Below are positions 51,285 to 64,000 of a stretch of 64,000 nucleotides of DNA, piece by piece (the first letter of the stretch is position 1; each line of letters begins with the position of its first letter). The stretch comes from Phoronis australis. Taxonomy: Eukaryota > Animalia > Phoronida. The DNA is taken from contig NMRA01000033.1 in NCBI GenBank assembly GCA_002633005.1, forward strand, positions 746,233 to 810,232, written 5' to 3'. Below the pieces are notes generated by a model, which saw only the letters and a list, made by a program, of their open reading frames with translations, was not told where the DNA came from and did no database searches. The translations under genes and the position numbers were made by a program.

Positions 51285-53700
51285 AGATGATGTAGATTGC
51301 ATTTGCCGGAAGTGACTTGATTGAAAGCAGAAACAGTGGGTCATGGGTCTGAAGTCACTACCTGAATGCATGCTTGGATGTAGACCACTGTCTCACTAGC
51401 GCCAACTGATGAATTTTTAGTTGCCCGTTGCATAAGCACAAACCAAACTGAAGTTTTGTCACCGTTTCAGTCCCCATAACTCAGTTTAACTCAGATTCTT
51501 TATGTACAAGTATGGCACTACTGCTGTACCATTGGCATGCAACAGTAGTGACACTCAGTTGGTCAGCTTACAATTTTCCCCGGATGGGTCTTGCAAATAT
51601 ATTTTGTAACAGATTTAATTCATTGTGGACCTGTTGTTTTAGGGATTTTGTTTCGCTTAAGAGTAACGAGGAAACCACTTAATACTTCTTTACTTAAAGT
51701 ACATTATGTTAACTTGATGTATCTGGTTTATCATGGTCACCGACTATAGCATTAGTTCTAAACAATTCTCGTTTATTAGTGTGTTTATAAACCTTTCATT
51801 TATTCATATAGCCCTGCACTTTTGTTTTTTACATATTTTTAACTGCTTACCATTCCACTTGTTAAATCTCAAACCTGCAGATACAAAGTTCTCACTTTAC
51901 TACACTTGTATCTCATGTTTACAACAGAGTAGAATGCGATTAATAGCCACTTACATAGATACACTTTTAGGTCAAATATTTGCATGTATCATCTGTGACG
52001 TCTCGATCACTTGTTACAGATATGATATAACCGAGTTCCATAATTAGGCTCAAAATATAAAAAACAGCCAGATTTGCAAGCCCTTCCTGTATCAGAATTT
52101 TTTCCTTTCGTTGAAAATATTCGTGGGCAAATGCCAAAAGCAAAGAGCCTGTGATTTTTTTAGAGTGTGTAGATCATGAACATATTCACAATTTTGTATG
52201 AACTGCGAGGCAATAGGTTTCAAAGTGTCACTCGTGGGAACAGGCTTTTAGTAAATAGTCAACAGGATACATTATCAACAAGTACGAATGCTTGATCTTA
52301 TGACAGACTTCACAACACAAAACGTGTCACTGAGTTAATTTTCTTGTATGATTCTCTCAGTTTATTTTCTTGTACGATTCTCTCAGTTCTCAATGTGCAC
52401 CACTGCCTTCTTAGGTTTAGTTAAAAAAGGAAAATATTATTACAAAGTGCTTGGTTTAGGCATTTTTTTATTTAATACTATACTAACTTCATTATGTTAG
52501 TTTGCTATGCTTTTATCTGTCTATGTTTGTGCCTTTAGGATTGTTATTGATTTTAACACTCAAGTAATAAATTTATTAGTCACTGATATATGCACTACTG
52601 TTTGCAATTAACAAATTGTTATGCATAATATTATGTATGTTATTTAGTATGATACATTTCAACGGGTGTGGTGAATTTTCAATACTCAAGACAGTGCCTT
52701 ATGTACGTTGCATATTTGTTATAGTAATCTCAATGTACTTAATCAAATTTATTTTTGAAAATATAAGCCATGTGATAAATGGATGCAGGGTATTTACATT
52801 ATTTTACTGTAAACCAAATCTCATTTTTTAGTTTGACCTGATCAGTTCATTGAGTTCACCTGCCCAAGGTTTGACTTCAACTTTGTACATGTACTGTTAC
52901 AGTGGGGAGACTCATGTATCAACGGGGCGACTGATCTCCTGGGACTGGACATTAGTGGCCTCTAGAGAACGAGAAGACGATTTAACTTTTGTTAAAATGC
53001 ATCATGTCTAATCACATAGACTACAGAAGAATCTTTGCACAAACGTCAAAAACCTTCTCCCACGCCACCAAGCGTGAAGACTTTATCTCTTGGTACAGCC
53101 AGGTGAGGTCAAGTCACTGGTCGCCTACGATCAACCCCCCCATAACTTCCTGAGTGTGAAAACAGATATCGCCGAACACTTTGCAACAAACTGATCAATA
53201 TGAGCAGGATGAAACATATTTACAGTCAAGTGAATTACTTTAAAGTGATTTTAATGCTATTTTCTCGATATACAAAAGTGAACAAATAATTTTCATTATG
53301 ATATAAACAAAAATTGTTTAAAATATACATGTTCTCATGGGCTAATCAAAAAGTGTGCATGTTAGATGGAAAGATTCCAAATTCTAGTAAGCTAACTGAG
53401 CGTTTCCACACCAGCAACTGCAAGCGTCACATTAAAGGATATAGTCCCAAGGTTTAAACTCGCAAAAATCAAGATTTTGAAGTCAATGAATACTGAGGTT
53501 GTGGCAATGTCAGTGACTAGAAGGATTGAGTTTAGATCCTATTCCAAGTTTTATGAACACAAGACTTCTAAAGTCGGTGAATGTCCGGGACTATGGCATT
53601 TCACACAGGCCAAGCCATTTACCTAAAACAGCTCCCAAACAAAGCCGACACAGAACATTTTGATAAAACTAAAAACTATAACCAAGTACACATATGTTAT

Positions 53701-53793
53701 TAAGCACATGTTTAGAGACTAAATCATTCTAAGCACATGTTTAGAGACTAAATCATTCTAAGCACATGTTTAGAGACTAAATCATTCTAAGCA
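53701..53793. repeat. 29-bp tandem repeat x3
   Basis: TAAGCACATGTTTAGAGACTAAATCATTC at 53701, 53730, 53759. Confidence 0.9.
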
Positions 53794-54758
53794 TCAGTGG
53801 GACCAAGTCATGGGCCACAATGCATGGTATTAGGTTTCTGATGAGTGCTAGGCCGAAAGAGTGTTCAAGACACCAGACTCCATAGGTCTGGCAATGTTTC
53901 CTGAAAATGATTTAAGCGTAGTTACTTTGTTTGAGGCAGGTGGGAGCTTTATCAAAGGCCTCTTAGAACTGCAAACCTACTCAATGAAGTTGATGTTCAA
54001 ATTCACCCTGAGAAGTGTTAAATGCGATCTATTGGCACAATGCCAGGTACAGAGCACTTGATCAGTCTGAATTATACAGCCACATAGATGAACAAAACCT
54101 AAAATAACAGTGCTATACGACTTGCGTGGAAGATATTCCAAAAACGCAATTTCCAATTGTGTTTACTTCCCATTAAATACAGCAAACAATTCCTACAACA
54201 ATAGAAAAAACAACACAGTCCTGTATTTTGTTGTCAAATATAAATTACTTATAAACTTAGTGGACATTTGGCCAGTTCTTACGCGTTACCAACTTAATGT
54301 TAAAACAATCGCCTAACTACATGATTTGTCTAAGTAATTTCACCGATCACTCAGCGACTAAACCAACGTACACACTACAACTGTACAGTGAGAGTATCAC
54401 TAAACTATCTACTCACCATGACTTAAAAAAAATATTTAGATAACGACTGCTTCACAACCCCCAAACTTCTAGCACAAATTGTATTACATCCACTGAAATG
54501 GGGACAACCAAAAATCTGCATTGTTACATTTAAAAAATTTCCAAGTTTCTATGCATTTTTACAGAAATAAGAATCTTCGAAATATACACTATACTTGAGT
54601 AATCTCACATGACAATACCTTTACATATTACCCTATCACTCTGACTACATGCTTATATGTATTCATGGCTTGATTGCAACTACGTTATTCCTATGGCTTA
54701 CTGCAGCAGACAGACTTCCGTTAAGGACTGGAGAATTCTTTACTAGGACCATTACTGG

Positions 54759-54851
54759 TTAATTCATCCACTTTCGACAATTAGGAGCTCCACACATACA
54801 TGGAATCTTGTGTGACTCATCCTCAAAATCAAATTTGTAGTCATAGGTCAG
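54759..54851 (-). CDS. KMT2C/D: KMT2C/D H3K4 methyltransferase last exon (end of SET + post-SET)
   Basis: [30 protein letters not shown]-stop; CRKWMN is the MLL3/4/Trr C-terminus; TTTACAG acceptor. Confidence 0.92.
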   Translation of the reverse strand: MTYDYKFDFEDESHKIPCMCGAPNCRKWMN

Positions 54852-55176
54852 CTGTAAACAGAAACACTTCATTAAGTGATGTTACTGACCCCTACAACAA
54901 GCACACAAAACGACAACTTTTCAAAGCTGCTTTCACGCAATACACAAGACCAAGAGAACACCATATACACTTGCATGCACACACACATGTATATAGTGGA
55001 CGATTAATCAGGTTGGCTCCTTTCAAGAATATTGGGTGGATTTGACAGGTTTCTGGAAATCATGGGTATTCCTACAAAACTGGAAGCCTCCCACAAAAAT
55101 CATGAGGGTTGGCAACTAAGAAATACCCCATGGCACAAGCACTAGATGGCAAATCTGAATATCTGCTAGGTCTTAC

Positions 55177-55336
55177 CTCTTCCCCGCGAGCTATCCGCCT
55201 GTTGGCTATAATGATAATCTTACAGTCCTTCTCAAAGGGCACGACCTCGGCCACACAGCAGGGCATGCAGGAGTGATTAATGTATCTCGCCAGACCCCCA
55301 GCGATGGTGGCGTCAACGACGGTGTTGTCCGATATC
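55177..55336 (-). CDS. KMT2C/D: KMT2C/D SET-domain exon
   Basis: ISDNTVVDATIAGGLARYINHSC...RRIARGEE; AG/GT boundaries, frame consistent. Confidence 0.92.
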
Positions 55337-55796
55337 CTAAACATAATAACACCAGTGATTATAAATACCAGGAACAGGGACCTCCTAAATAGGGAAGATT
55401 TAAAAAAATTAGAATACGGAGTCATGGGTCTACCGTCAGCGCCACAATTTTCTGTTGTTTATAAGATTTCCAAAATAAACAGTGTCAGCGAATGTGAAAC
55501 TGTATGAGAAACGGAGCACAAAATTTTGCTGTCCATCACGTGGCTAGAATGGTATTTGGTTAAATATTGAATTCTCCCAATACCCTTAACAAGTTGATTC
55601 AATATTGATTAAAAGTGCCTATTTTTAATGCTAACTACCCTTGATCACCAGGGGCTCAGTACTTTATGCTCATTTTTAAGATAGGGATCAATCCCTTAAT
55701 CCCTTTTTTGAAAAATACTCTGTCGGCACATTATTACAATGTTGAATCACTACGGCAACGTCATGATAACTACTGCTTTGGACACAGGACACACAC

Positions 55797-55936
55797 CTGA
55801 ACATGTAGATGCCTCTGTTCTGGCTCTCGTATATCTTCTCTCGTTTCTCTGCCACCTCGTTCCTAATCAGCTCACCAATGTACTCGATCACCATTGTGTG
55901 CCGCTCTATGTCACGAGCAGCGTAGAGACCAAGACC
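55797..55936 (-). CDS. KMT2C/D: KMT2C/D SET-domain exon
   Basis: GLGLYAARDIERHTMVIEYIGELIRNEVA...NRGIYMFR. Confidence 0.92.
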
Positions 55937-56099
55937 CTGCAATCAAACAACACCCACATTATGACTATTACATTGCTTTACAATTAAAATACTTCTCAAT
56001 TAGCATTCACAAACACTTAAGCAGAAAGTTTTCATTCTCATAGCTTTAACTTAACCACGAATAGGGCCGACAGTGTTTAGCCATTTTCCAACATTTGTA

Positions 56100-56410
56100 G
56101 ATAGATCAAGGGATTAGAGTGTCCACGTGGTCAGCAGAGTCTTGGGTTCAAGAAACAGTCAGGACAGAGATCTCAAACACAAATATAAGTCACATGATTT
56201 ACCCAACATATAGCATGTAAGAAGATTTAATAATTCTTACTTATACCACATAAAGGCATATATTTATAACAGCATATTTAATTATGTATATGTAATCCAC
56301 AGATTGATAAGATGCCTCCCATCAAGTCTGGCTGGATTTCTGTAATCGACGGGTATCTCGACAGCTTAGTGGACTCCTAGCCCCAGTCAGGACAGAGATC
56401 TTTTCAGACT
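56100..56410 (+). mobile_element. Two tRNA-derived SINE-like head fragments in a KMT2C/D intron
   Basis: A-box-like GATAGATCAAGGGATTAGA and B-box-like GGTTCAAGA at 56100-56153; CAGTCAGGACAGAGATCT shared at ~56156 and ~56384. Confidence 0.4.
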
Positions 56411-56568
56411 TAACTACAGGTCAATGGATGTGACTAACATGTGTGGAAAAAGACCAATAATTCTTCCTTATTCATTATGCACATTTAATGTTACCAGACA
56501 GGATGGTCTCACAAATCCTGCGCATCCCAGGCCCACCCAACTATGAACAGACCACGACTAAACACTAC

Positions 56569-56743
56569 CTGTATCCGAGAGCGGCCCAGGTAAACGTAGT
56601 TCCTCCACTCAGTTTTCAGGCGCCTGTACTGCTGTGACTTGGAATGAATGAAATGCTTGTTATAGGGGGCATTGATGTCCTCAAAACCAGTGACTGTGCT
56701 GGGTAGAACGTGGGAATGTTTCGTCACTTGCAGTGTGTGAGGC
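56569..56743 (-). CDS. KMT2C/D: KMT2C/D pre-SET exon
   Basis: RPHTL...PYNKHFIHSKSQQYRRLKTEWRNYVYLGRSRIQ. Confidence 0.92.
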
Positions 56744-57262
56744 CTAGAATGGGACGAAGGTCTACTCATCAAGTCCAAAACATACAATAAGTTTTAAGTC
56801 ACGTTAAAATGGTACTTCATGAATACTTATGTCACACAAATTGTCATTTTTTCACATTTTTCAAAGGTCAATTACCTCACTGCTAACAGAAACAGTGTCA
56901 CATATAGATTACAATGCTCGTGATCTTTATATTTGACAAAATATATTTTCACTTGTCCGCCAAATTGAGTACTAAACAGGCTACAGTCTTTTTGGGTCAG
57001 AATTAATTGTGTTTGAGCTCTTCTAGTAAATTGTTCATATCTCAGGAATCCTATTTCGTGATCTGTGTTAGGAAAACTAGTCCAGTGCATGGATATGTGT
57101 TGTGAGAGTAAGTCAATCCCTTAGATACCATTCATCAAATAGTTCAAAACTTCACATCTCAACTATTACAATAATAGCGAATAAACTATTGATAGTAAAC
57201 TAAATAAACTTTGCCAAATGAGCTTCAAAGTGGGTACGTGAAAATTAGTGTGACTACGGTAC

Positions 57263-57393
57263 CTCCTAAAATGAGTTCTAAACTTGGGCTCCGAGCGAGC
57301 ACATCCGGTAGGATTGATAGTGAGTGGCATCTCAATCAGCTGCAGCCGGCCATACTTGAAGTGGTAGTTGGATAGCAGCTCAGTCCCCGGTAA
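57263..57393 (-). CDS. KMT2C/D: KMT2C/D exon with WDR5-interaction (Win) motif
   Basis: LPGTELLSNYHFKYGRLQLIEMPLTINPTGCARSEPKFRTHFR. Confidence 0.9.
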
Positions 57394-57726
57394 CTAGCAA
57401 GGAAAAAACACGACGAGTCATTGAAGATGCAATAAACTAAAACCAAGCATCAACCAATTTACATAACAGAAGCAGTGCTATCCCCAATTACCAAGCACCA
57501 AGGTGGTAGTGACGGTCGGTTTAATGCATTACAAGCCATATTCTGTACAAAGTATCACAAGGATGTTAAAATAGGTCAGGTTGTTTTGAGAACTAATTTG
57601 TCACAACAGGATGTTAAGTCTTTCTAACAGTCAGTTACAACATCCAGAGGCATAATTCCACCCATGTACTGAAAACCTGTAGACAGGTCTCTTAACACTC
57701 GCCTCCAGTCAATGAAATAAACTCAC

Positions 57727-57863
57727 CGATTCAATGACCCGCACTATCGTTGGCTCCGTCAAGCCAAACAGATCTTCACCACTCAGGAATTCTGGGAACA
57801 TCTTAACCTGGTCGTTTTCTAGACGAATCTTTTCAACAGAGCTCAAAATACTAGACCAGGCAG
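57727..57863 (-). CDS. KMT2C/D: KMT2C/D FYRC exon
   Basis: AWSSILSSVEKIR...KMFPEFLSGEDLFGLTEPTIVRVIES. Confidence 0.9.
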
Positions 57864-58356
57864 CTGCAAACAACATAACATATATTTCAGGACATGTGTC
57901 TATAGCATAGGTAGATTAAGGGCGCGGACTGAGGTGGCACGACAAAAATAGCACCAGCATGTTGATTTTGTCCTTCAAAGATTGTGATTGGCCCCACCCT
58001 TGTGACATCCTTCATCACAAAGCGAGACAAAAAGCGACTGTCAGGTTTTAAACGAGTCGTCCATTTAACGAGCCATTTAATGCTCCATAAGCCCTCCATA
58101 TAATGCACGGACACTATTGTGGTTGTAGAGATAATGTCTTCAAATCACATCCACCAACCTGTGCCACAAGGCACAATTTATCGAACACTGTTCAACAGGT
58201 AATTCCCCTTGGCATAATTAGAAGAACAGGTTGTCTGAATTGCACTTTGTGCTGCCAAAATATGCATTCAACATCAGTACTTTACACACTTTACACAAGC
58301 ACTCACACTAGGCAAACACACAGACACAGACACAGACACACACCCACACTCACTAC

Positions 58357-58519
58357 CTTTAGGACTATATTTGGTGATGGTGACATCTTCATTCCCACTT
58401 TCTTTGATTGTTATAGAGAACTCTGGTCGCCCATCGTTATCTGTGATGGCACACACGTAGCGACACCTTTTGTTCATATATCTGGTACTCCAATAGAACC
58501 GACTGCTTTTGAATCCAAC
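58357..58519 (-). CDS. KMT2C/D: KMT2C/D FYRN/FYRC exon
   Basis: VGFKSSRFYWSTRYMNKRCRYVCAI...GRPEF...SPK. Confidence 0.9.
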
Positions 58520-59264
58520 CTGCAAGATTAATTTAAAAACATTCACATCCAGAAACCATCTTTATCAAGGTTCTCGTACACTTCCTTGCTTCCATCCCAT
58601 AGCAAAGATGGTGTTCAGATGAGTAAGACACTTCTTGGTAGTTGGCCAGTTATCATCAGCCAGTTTTGCCAGAATCTGAACCCACATCTCTCAAGTGGAA
58701 GGCCATATCAAAACACATAGCTCCGCCGACAAATCAAAACCCAAAACATAATGTAAGATCAATAAAAAACATTCAACTGAATGCCCAACTCGCGCTAGAG
58801 TACTGAGCCTGAGACCACATAATTTCATTCTCAATTTGACTTGAATATTATCTCACAACGAATAATATTTGAAAGATTACTCGGCTCACTTGCCAAATCA
58901 AGTTTCCAGAATGACCAGCAGACGTGCTGTCTGATACAGTATACCAGTCTGTGTTTTAGTTATCAGGTAGAATTAGTGAAGTCAAAGTCAATTTTATATC
59001 ATGACATTCTTCAGGAAAAGTTACTTTGCTTTTGACATGCTCTGTACAATACAGCCATCAAAAAACAATATTTGGAAAATTTTGAACAGATACCAAGTCT
59101 ATGTAAAACAGAAATTAAAATGGCTATTTTAGTAAAATTAATTCTGTTCCAAATCGAAAAGTTTTCATTGCAAGTCAGCATAATGGCGACAGATTTTACA
59201 GACAGGTCTGTTTAAATTGAATTCTTCAACAACGACAGCGACAGACCCACAGTCGAAGTCTCAC

Positions 59265-59391
59265 CGGATAGATACAGTCCTTTGTGTGGAACCTGTTAGT
59301 CTGTATCTGATGCAGAAGCAGCTGACCCACGTTATAGTAATAGACTGTGCCTATGCGCACTGTGCAGTGATGCTCCTCCTCGTGGATAACA
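59265..59391 (-). CDS. KMT2C/D: KMT2C/D FYRN exon (gene continues upstream, into the gap or beyond the window)
   Basis: VIHEEEHHCTVRIGTVYYYNVGQLLLHQIQTNRFHTKDCIYP; TTTCAG acceptor, GTGAG donor. Confidence 0.88.
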
Positions 59392-59969
59392 CTGAAATCA
59401 AACGGAGTCAACCATCTACAATGGTGTCTGGAAGCAATTTGCAACAACATTTACTTGGGCAAATCCATTCATCCTAATGGGAGCTTCATTGTAGACACAT
59501 CAAGTTACCCTGATCATTCACATGTTTTTCACTACGACTCAGGTGTTGTTAAAAGTGACAAGACCTAAACTTGCATTTCGCCCTTTTTAGCTGGCAAAAA
59601 TGAAACTCGAATTAGGCCTTTTGCAAAGACGCATAAAATCAGTATTGAAATAGCCCTTACCATGATAGGATTCTGTTTCTCTGTTACTTACAAGATTATA
59701 AAAAGCACCCGCGACTCAAGAAAATGCTTCTGAAGTTATTGAGTTGGCCAACTTAATTTTCGTTATTAGATAGTTTAACAGAGAAAAATGCAAAATTATT
59801 TTTGAAAATAGATAAATCTCACTTTAGTAAAAGTACAAAGGCTCAGCATATTCCCAAAAATGGTAGTTGCTGGGATAATTTCTATAAATTATTTCTGTTC
59901 TGTGCTGTGATAGCCATTCACCCTTATTGAGGTGTAGTTTGAGCCAGTATCAGAATTCTACAGTTACCC

Positions 59970-60251
59970 AATGTGAATCAGTCCCATAATGACCTACATA
60001 TTCTCAATACAATTATGTAAATGAATGTGAATCAGTCCCATAATGACCTACAAATTCTCAATACAATTATGTAAATGAATGTGAATCAGTCCCATAATGA
60101 CCTACATATTCTCAATACAATTATGTAAATGAATGTGAATCAGTCCCATAATGACCTACAAATTCTCAATATAATTATGTAAATGAATGTGAATCAGTTC
60201 CATAATGACCTACATGAATATTCTCAATAATCTGAAAATGAATGTGAATCA
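59970..60251. repeat. 54-bp minisatellite, ~5 copies (second array 63657-63937 in the duplicate)
   Basis: AATGTGAATCAGTCCCATAATGACCTACATATTCTCAATACAATTATGTAAATG head-to-tail, no spacers. Confidence 0.9.
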
Positions 60252-61762
60252 TCGCTGAGGCATCCATCACATGGCAATGCAGTGTGAATAATTAGCATAT
60301 TGACTTAGGGCTGTTCCAGCAAAATCTGTATGGGAGGGGGGGGGAAGGCACTTTTATTTCGTACCCACCGCCCATATTTTTCATTTATTTATTTCTCCAA
60401 CCCATGACCCATAATTTTTTAATTATTTTTAAAAGGTTAAAATATAAAAACCAACACTTGCAAACAAATTGCCTCCAGGAGGACATATTAAGAACTTAGA
60501 TGATTGACAGACAAGAACTAGTTGTCTTGTCCAATATTGTCAAAAAGTAAAGTAGCCTGTGAGCAATACTTTTGGCAGCCACCAGGTGTCTCTGTTCACC
60601 ATGTGTTTATAATTTCAATGAACATTTTTTCAATTATAAGGATCTATGAATCTCAAACTGTCTCCACGAACTCTTTTATACTCCTATGTCAAGTGAATAT
60701 TGGAACTTGTTTATCTTACTCCTCATACTTTTTATTTAAAAATCGTCAATTTTCTTATATGTGTTAACACCAGTTTAGTGTTGCATAACTTTTCAATTCA
60801 ATAGGACTGCAGACAAACANNNNNNNNNNNNNNNNNNNNNNNNNNNNNNNNNNNNNNNNNNNNNNNNNNNNNNNNNNNNNNNNNNNNNNNNNNNNNNNNN
60901 NNNNNNNNNNNNNNNNNNNNNNNNNNNNNNNNNNNNNNNNNNNNNNNNNNNNNNNNNNNNNNNNNNNNNNNNNNNNNNNNNNNNNNNNNNNNNNNNNNNN
61001 NNNNNNNNNNNNNNNNNNNNNNNNNNNNNNNNNNNNNNNNNNNNNNNNNNNNNNNNNNNNNNNNNNNNNNNNNNNNNNNNNNNNNNNNNNNNNNNNNNNN
61101 NNNNNNNNNNNNNNNNNNNNNNNNNNNNNNNNNNNNNNNNNNNNNNNNNNNNNNNNNNNNNNNNNNNNNNNNNNNNNNNNNNNNNNNNNNNNNNNNNNNN
61201 NNNNNNNNNNNNNNNNNNNNNNNNNNNNNNNNNNNNNNNNNNNNNNNNNNNNNNNNNNNNNNNNNNNNNNNNNNNNNNNNNNNNNNNNNNNNNNNNNNNN
61301 NNNNNNNNNNNNNNNNNNNNNNNNNNNNNNNNNNNNNNNNNNNNNNNNNNNNNNNNNNNNNNNNNNNNNNNNNNNNNNNNNNNNNNNNNNNNNNNNNNNN
61401 NNNNNNNNNNNNNNNNNNNNNNNNNNNNNNNNNNNNNNNNNNNNNNNNNNNNNNNNNNNNNNNNNNNNNNNNNNNNNNNNNNNNNNNNNNNNNNNNNNNN
61501 NNNNNNNNNNNNNNNNNNNNNNNNNNNNNNNNNNNNNNNNNNNNNNNNNNNNNNNNNNNNNNNNNNNNNNNNNNNNNNNNNNNNNNNNNNNNNNNNNNNN
61601 NNNNNNNNNNNNNNNNNNNNNNNNNNNNNNNNNNNNNNNNNNNNNNNNNNNNNNNNNNNNNNNNNNNNNNNNNNNNNNNNNNNNNNNNNNNNNNNNNNNN
61701 NNNNNNNNNNNNNNNNNNNNNNNNNNNNNNNNNNNNNNNNNNNNNNNNNNNNNNNNNNNNNN

Positions 61763-64000
61763 TAGAGATAATGTCTTCAAATCACATCCACCAACCTGTG
61801 CCACAAGGCACAATTTATAGAACACTGTTCAACAGGTAATTCCCCTTGGCATAATTAGAAGAACAGGTTGTCTGAATTGCACTTTGTGCTGCCAAAATAT
61901 GCATTCAACATCAGTACTTTACACACTTTACACAAGCACTCACACTAGGCAAACACACACAGACACACACACACGCACACCCACTACCTTTAGGACTAGA
62001 TTTGGTGATGGTGACATCTTCGTTCCCACTTTCTTTGATTGTTATTGAGAACTCGGGTCGCCCATCGTTATCTGTGATGGCACACACGTAGCGACACCTT
62101 TTGTTCATATATCTGGTACTCCAATAGAACCGACTGCTTTTGAATCCAACCTGCAAGATTAATTTAAAAACATTCACATCCAGAAACCATTTTTGAAGGT
62201 TCTCGTACACTCCCTTGCCTCCATCCCATAGCAAAGATGGTGTTCAGATGAGTAAGATACTTCTTGGTTGTTGGCCAGTTATCGTCGGCCAGTTTTGCCA
62301 GAATCTGAACCCAGATCTCTCAAGTGGGAGGCCATATCAAAACATATAGCTCCGCCGACTACTCAAAACCCAAAACGTAATTTAAGATCAATAAAAAACA
62401 CTCAACTGAATGCCCAACTCGCGCTAGAATACTGAGCCTGAGACCACACAATTTCATTCTCAATTTGACTTGAATATTATCTCACAACGAATGATATTTG
62501 AAAGATTACTCGGCTCACTTGCCAAATCAAGTTTCTAGAATGACCCAGCAGACGTGCTGTCTGATACAGTATACCAGTCTGTGTTTTAGTTATCAGGTAG
62601 CATTAGTGAAGTCAAAGTCAATTTTATATCATGACATTCTTCAGGAAAAGTTACTTTGCTTTTGACATGCTCTGTACAATACAGCCATCAAAAAAAATAT
62701 TTGGAAAATTTGAACAATCATATACCCAGTCTATGAAAAACAGAAATTAAAATGGCTATTTTAGTAAAATTAATTCTGTTCCAAATCAAAAAGTTTTCAT
62801 CGTAAGTCCGCATAATGGTGACATATTCTACAGACAGGTCTGTTTAAATTGAATTCTTCAACAACGACAGCGACAGACCCACAGTCGAAGTCTCACCGGA
62901 TAGATACAATCCTTTGTGTGGAACCTGTTAGTCTGTATCTGATGCAGGAGCAGCTGACCCACGTTATAGTAATAGACTGTGCCTATACGCACTGTGCAGT
63001 GATGCTCCTCCTCGTGGATAACACTGAAATCAAATGTACGGAGTCAACCATCTACAATTATGGTGTCTGGAAGCAATTTGCAACAACATTTACACAGGCA
63101 AATCCATTCATCCTTTACCCATCTCACTTCCCAGGGAAAATTTTATAAAGGGAGCTTCATTGTAGACACATCAAGTTACCCTAATCATTCACATGGTTTC
63201 ACTACGACTCTGGCGTTGTTAAAAGTGACAAGACCTAAACTTGCATTTCGCCCTATTTAGCTGGCAAAAATGAAACTCGAATTAGGCCTTTTGCAAAGAC
63301 GCATAAAATCTGTTGTAATAGCCCTTACCATGATAGGATTCTGTTTCTGTTACTTACAAGATTATCAAAAGCACCCGCGACTCAAGAAAATGCTTTTGAA
63401 TTTATTGAGGTTGGCCAACATGGGTTGATTTTCGTTATTAGATAGTTTAACAGGGAAAAATGCAGGCTTCTAATCCACAAAATTATTTTTGAAAATGGAT
63501 AAATCTCACTTTAGTAAAAGTACAAAGGCTCAGCATATTCCCAAAAATGGTAGTTGCTGGGATAATTTCTATAAATTATTTCTGTTCTATGCTGTGATAA
63601 CCATTCACCCTTATTGAGGTGTAGTTTGAGCCAGTATCAGAATTCCACAGTTACCCAATGTGAATCAGTCCCATAATGACCTACATATTCTCAACATAAT
63701 TATGTAAATGAATGTGAATCAGTCCCATAATGACCTACTTGTTCTCAATATAATTATGTAAATGAATGTGAATCAGTCCCATAATGACCTACTTATTCTC
63801 AATATAATTATGTAAATGAATGTGAATCAATCCCATAATGACCTACATATTCTCAATATAATTATGTAAATGAATGTGAATCAGTTCCATAATGACCTAC
63901 ATGAATATTCTCAATAATCTGAAAATGAATGTGAATCATCGCTGAGGCATCCATCACATGGCAATGCAGTGTGAATAATTAGCATATTGACTTATGGGTT
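61763..64000 (-). other. Near-identical duplicate of 58126-~60310 with second copies of two KMT2C/D exons (61988-62150, 62897-63023); probable uncollapsed haplotype
   Basis: Starts exactly at a gap edge; exon differences mostly synonymous (one Y/S); intronic indels. Confidence 0.8.

Noticed and set aside
53432-53600. Possible small Kolobok-like MITE (TTAA-AGGATATAGTCCC...GGGACTAT)
   Set aside because: The right end and TSD are too degenerate to support.
53833-53875. CTGATGAG...CGAAA hammerhead-like core
   Set aside because: Stems I and III cannot be paired convincingly; likely chance.
56288-56430. Minus-strand H/ACA snoRNA-like fold (ACAGAA box, hairpin, ACA) in a KMT2C/D intron
   Set aside because: The 5' part overlaps a repeated SINE-like fragment and no target could be identified; an Infernal/snoRNA scan would be needed to revive it.
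59970-60251. Regular repeat array as a possible CRISPR
   Set aside because: Units are head-to-tail with no unique spacers, sit in a eukaryotic intron, and no cas genes are present.
879-61825. Long ORFs made mostly of X (879-1380, 18285-18723, 22866-23744, 60764-61825)
   Set aside because: Artefacts of translating through N gaps.
61763-64000. True tandem duplication of KMT2C/D FYR exons
   Set aside because: The two exons total 290 nt, so including both copies would frameshift; the copy starts at a gap edge and differs at allele-like levels.

Overview
AT-rich, intron-containing animal genomic DNA from a gapped draft assembly (N runs 1104-1301, 18363-18635, 22938-23540, 49850, 60820-61762). 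The repeat types suggest a marine invertebrate, possibly lophotrochozoan (inference). Three host genes were reconstructed by hand with frame-consistent GT-AG junctions: (1) a 3-exon Nodulin-like/MCH1-type MFS transporter (+, 1983-14207, 512 aa); (2) a spliced DegT/DnrJ/EryC1/StrS-family PLP-dependent aminotransferase (+, 45993-49076, ~433 aa), a family known mainly from bacterial amino-sugar pathways; (3) the last 8 coding exons of KMT2C/D (trr/MLL3/4; FYRN-FYRC-Win-SET-postSET; -, 59391-54759). The rest is largely transposon-derived: a 1.75-kb non-autonomous Polinton/Maverick-like element with a 6-bp TSD; a Kolobok-type element with TTAA TSD; a gag-only LTR element nested in an Academ-like element, itself inside a decayed DDE transposase gene; a BEL/Pao relic with an unusually long tRNA-Phe-complementary PBS; Penelope-like fragments; Helentron-type repeats; a LINE; and MITEs with 5-bp TSDs. 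Two near-identical duplications abutting gaps are probably uncollapsed haplotypes. No CRISPR, rRNA or intact tRNA gene was seen. All family assignments come from motif recognition by eye, not database searches.
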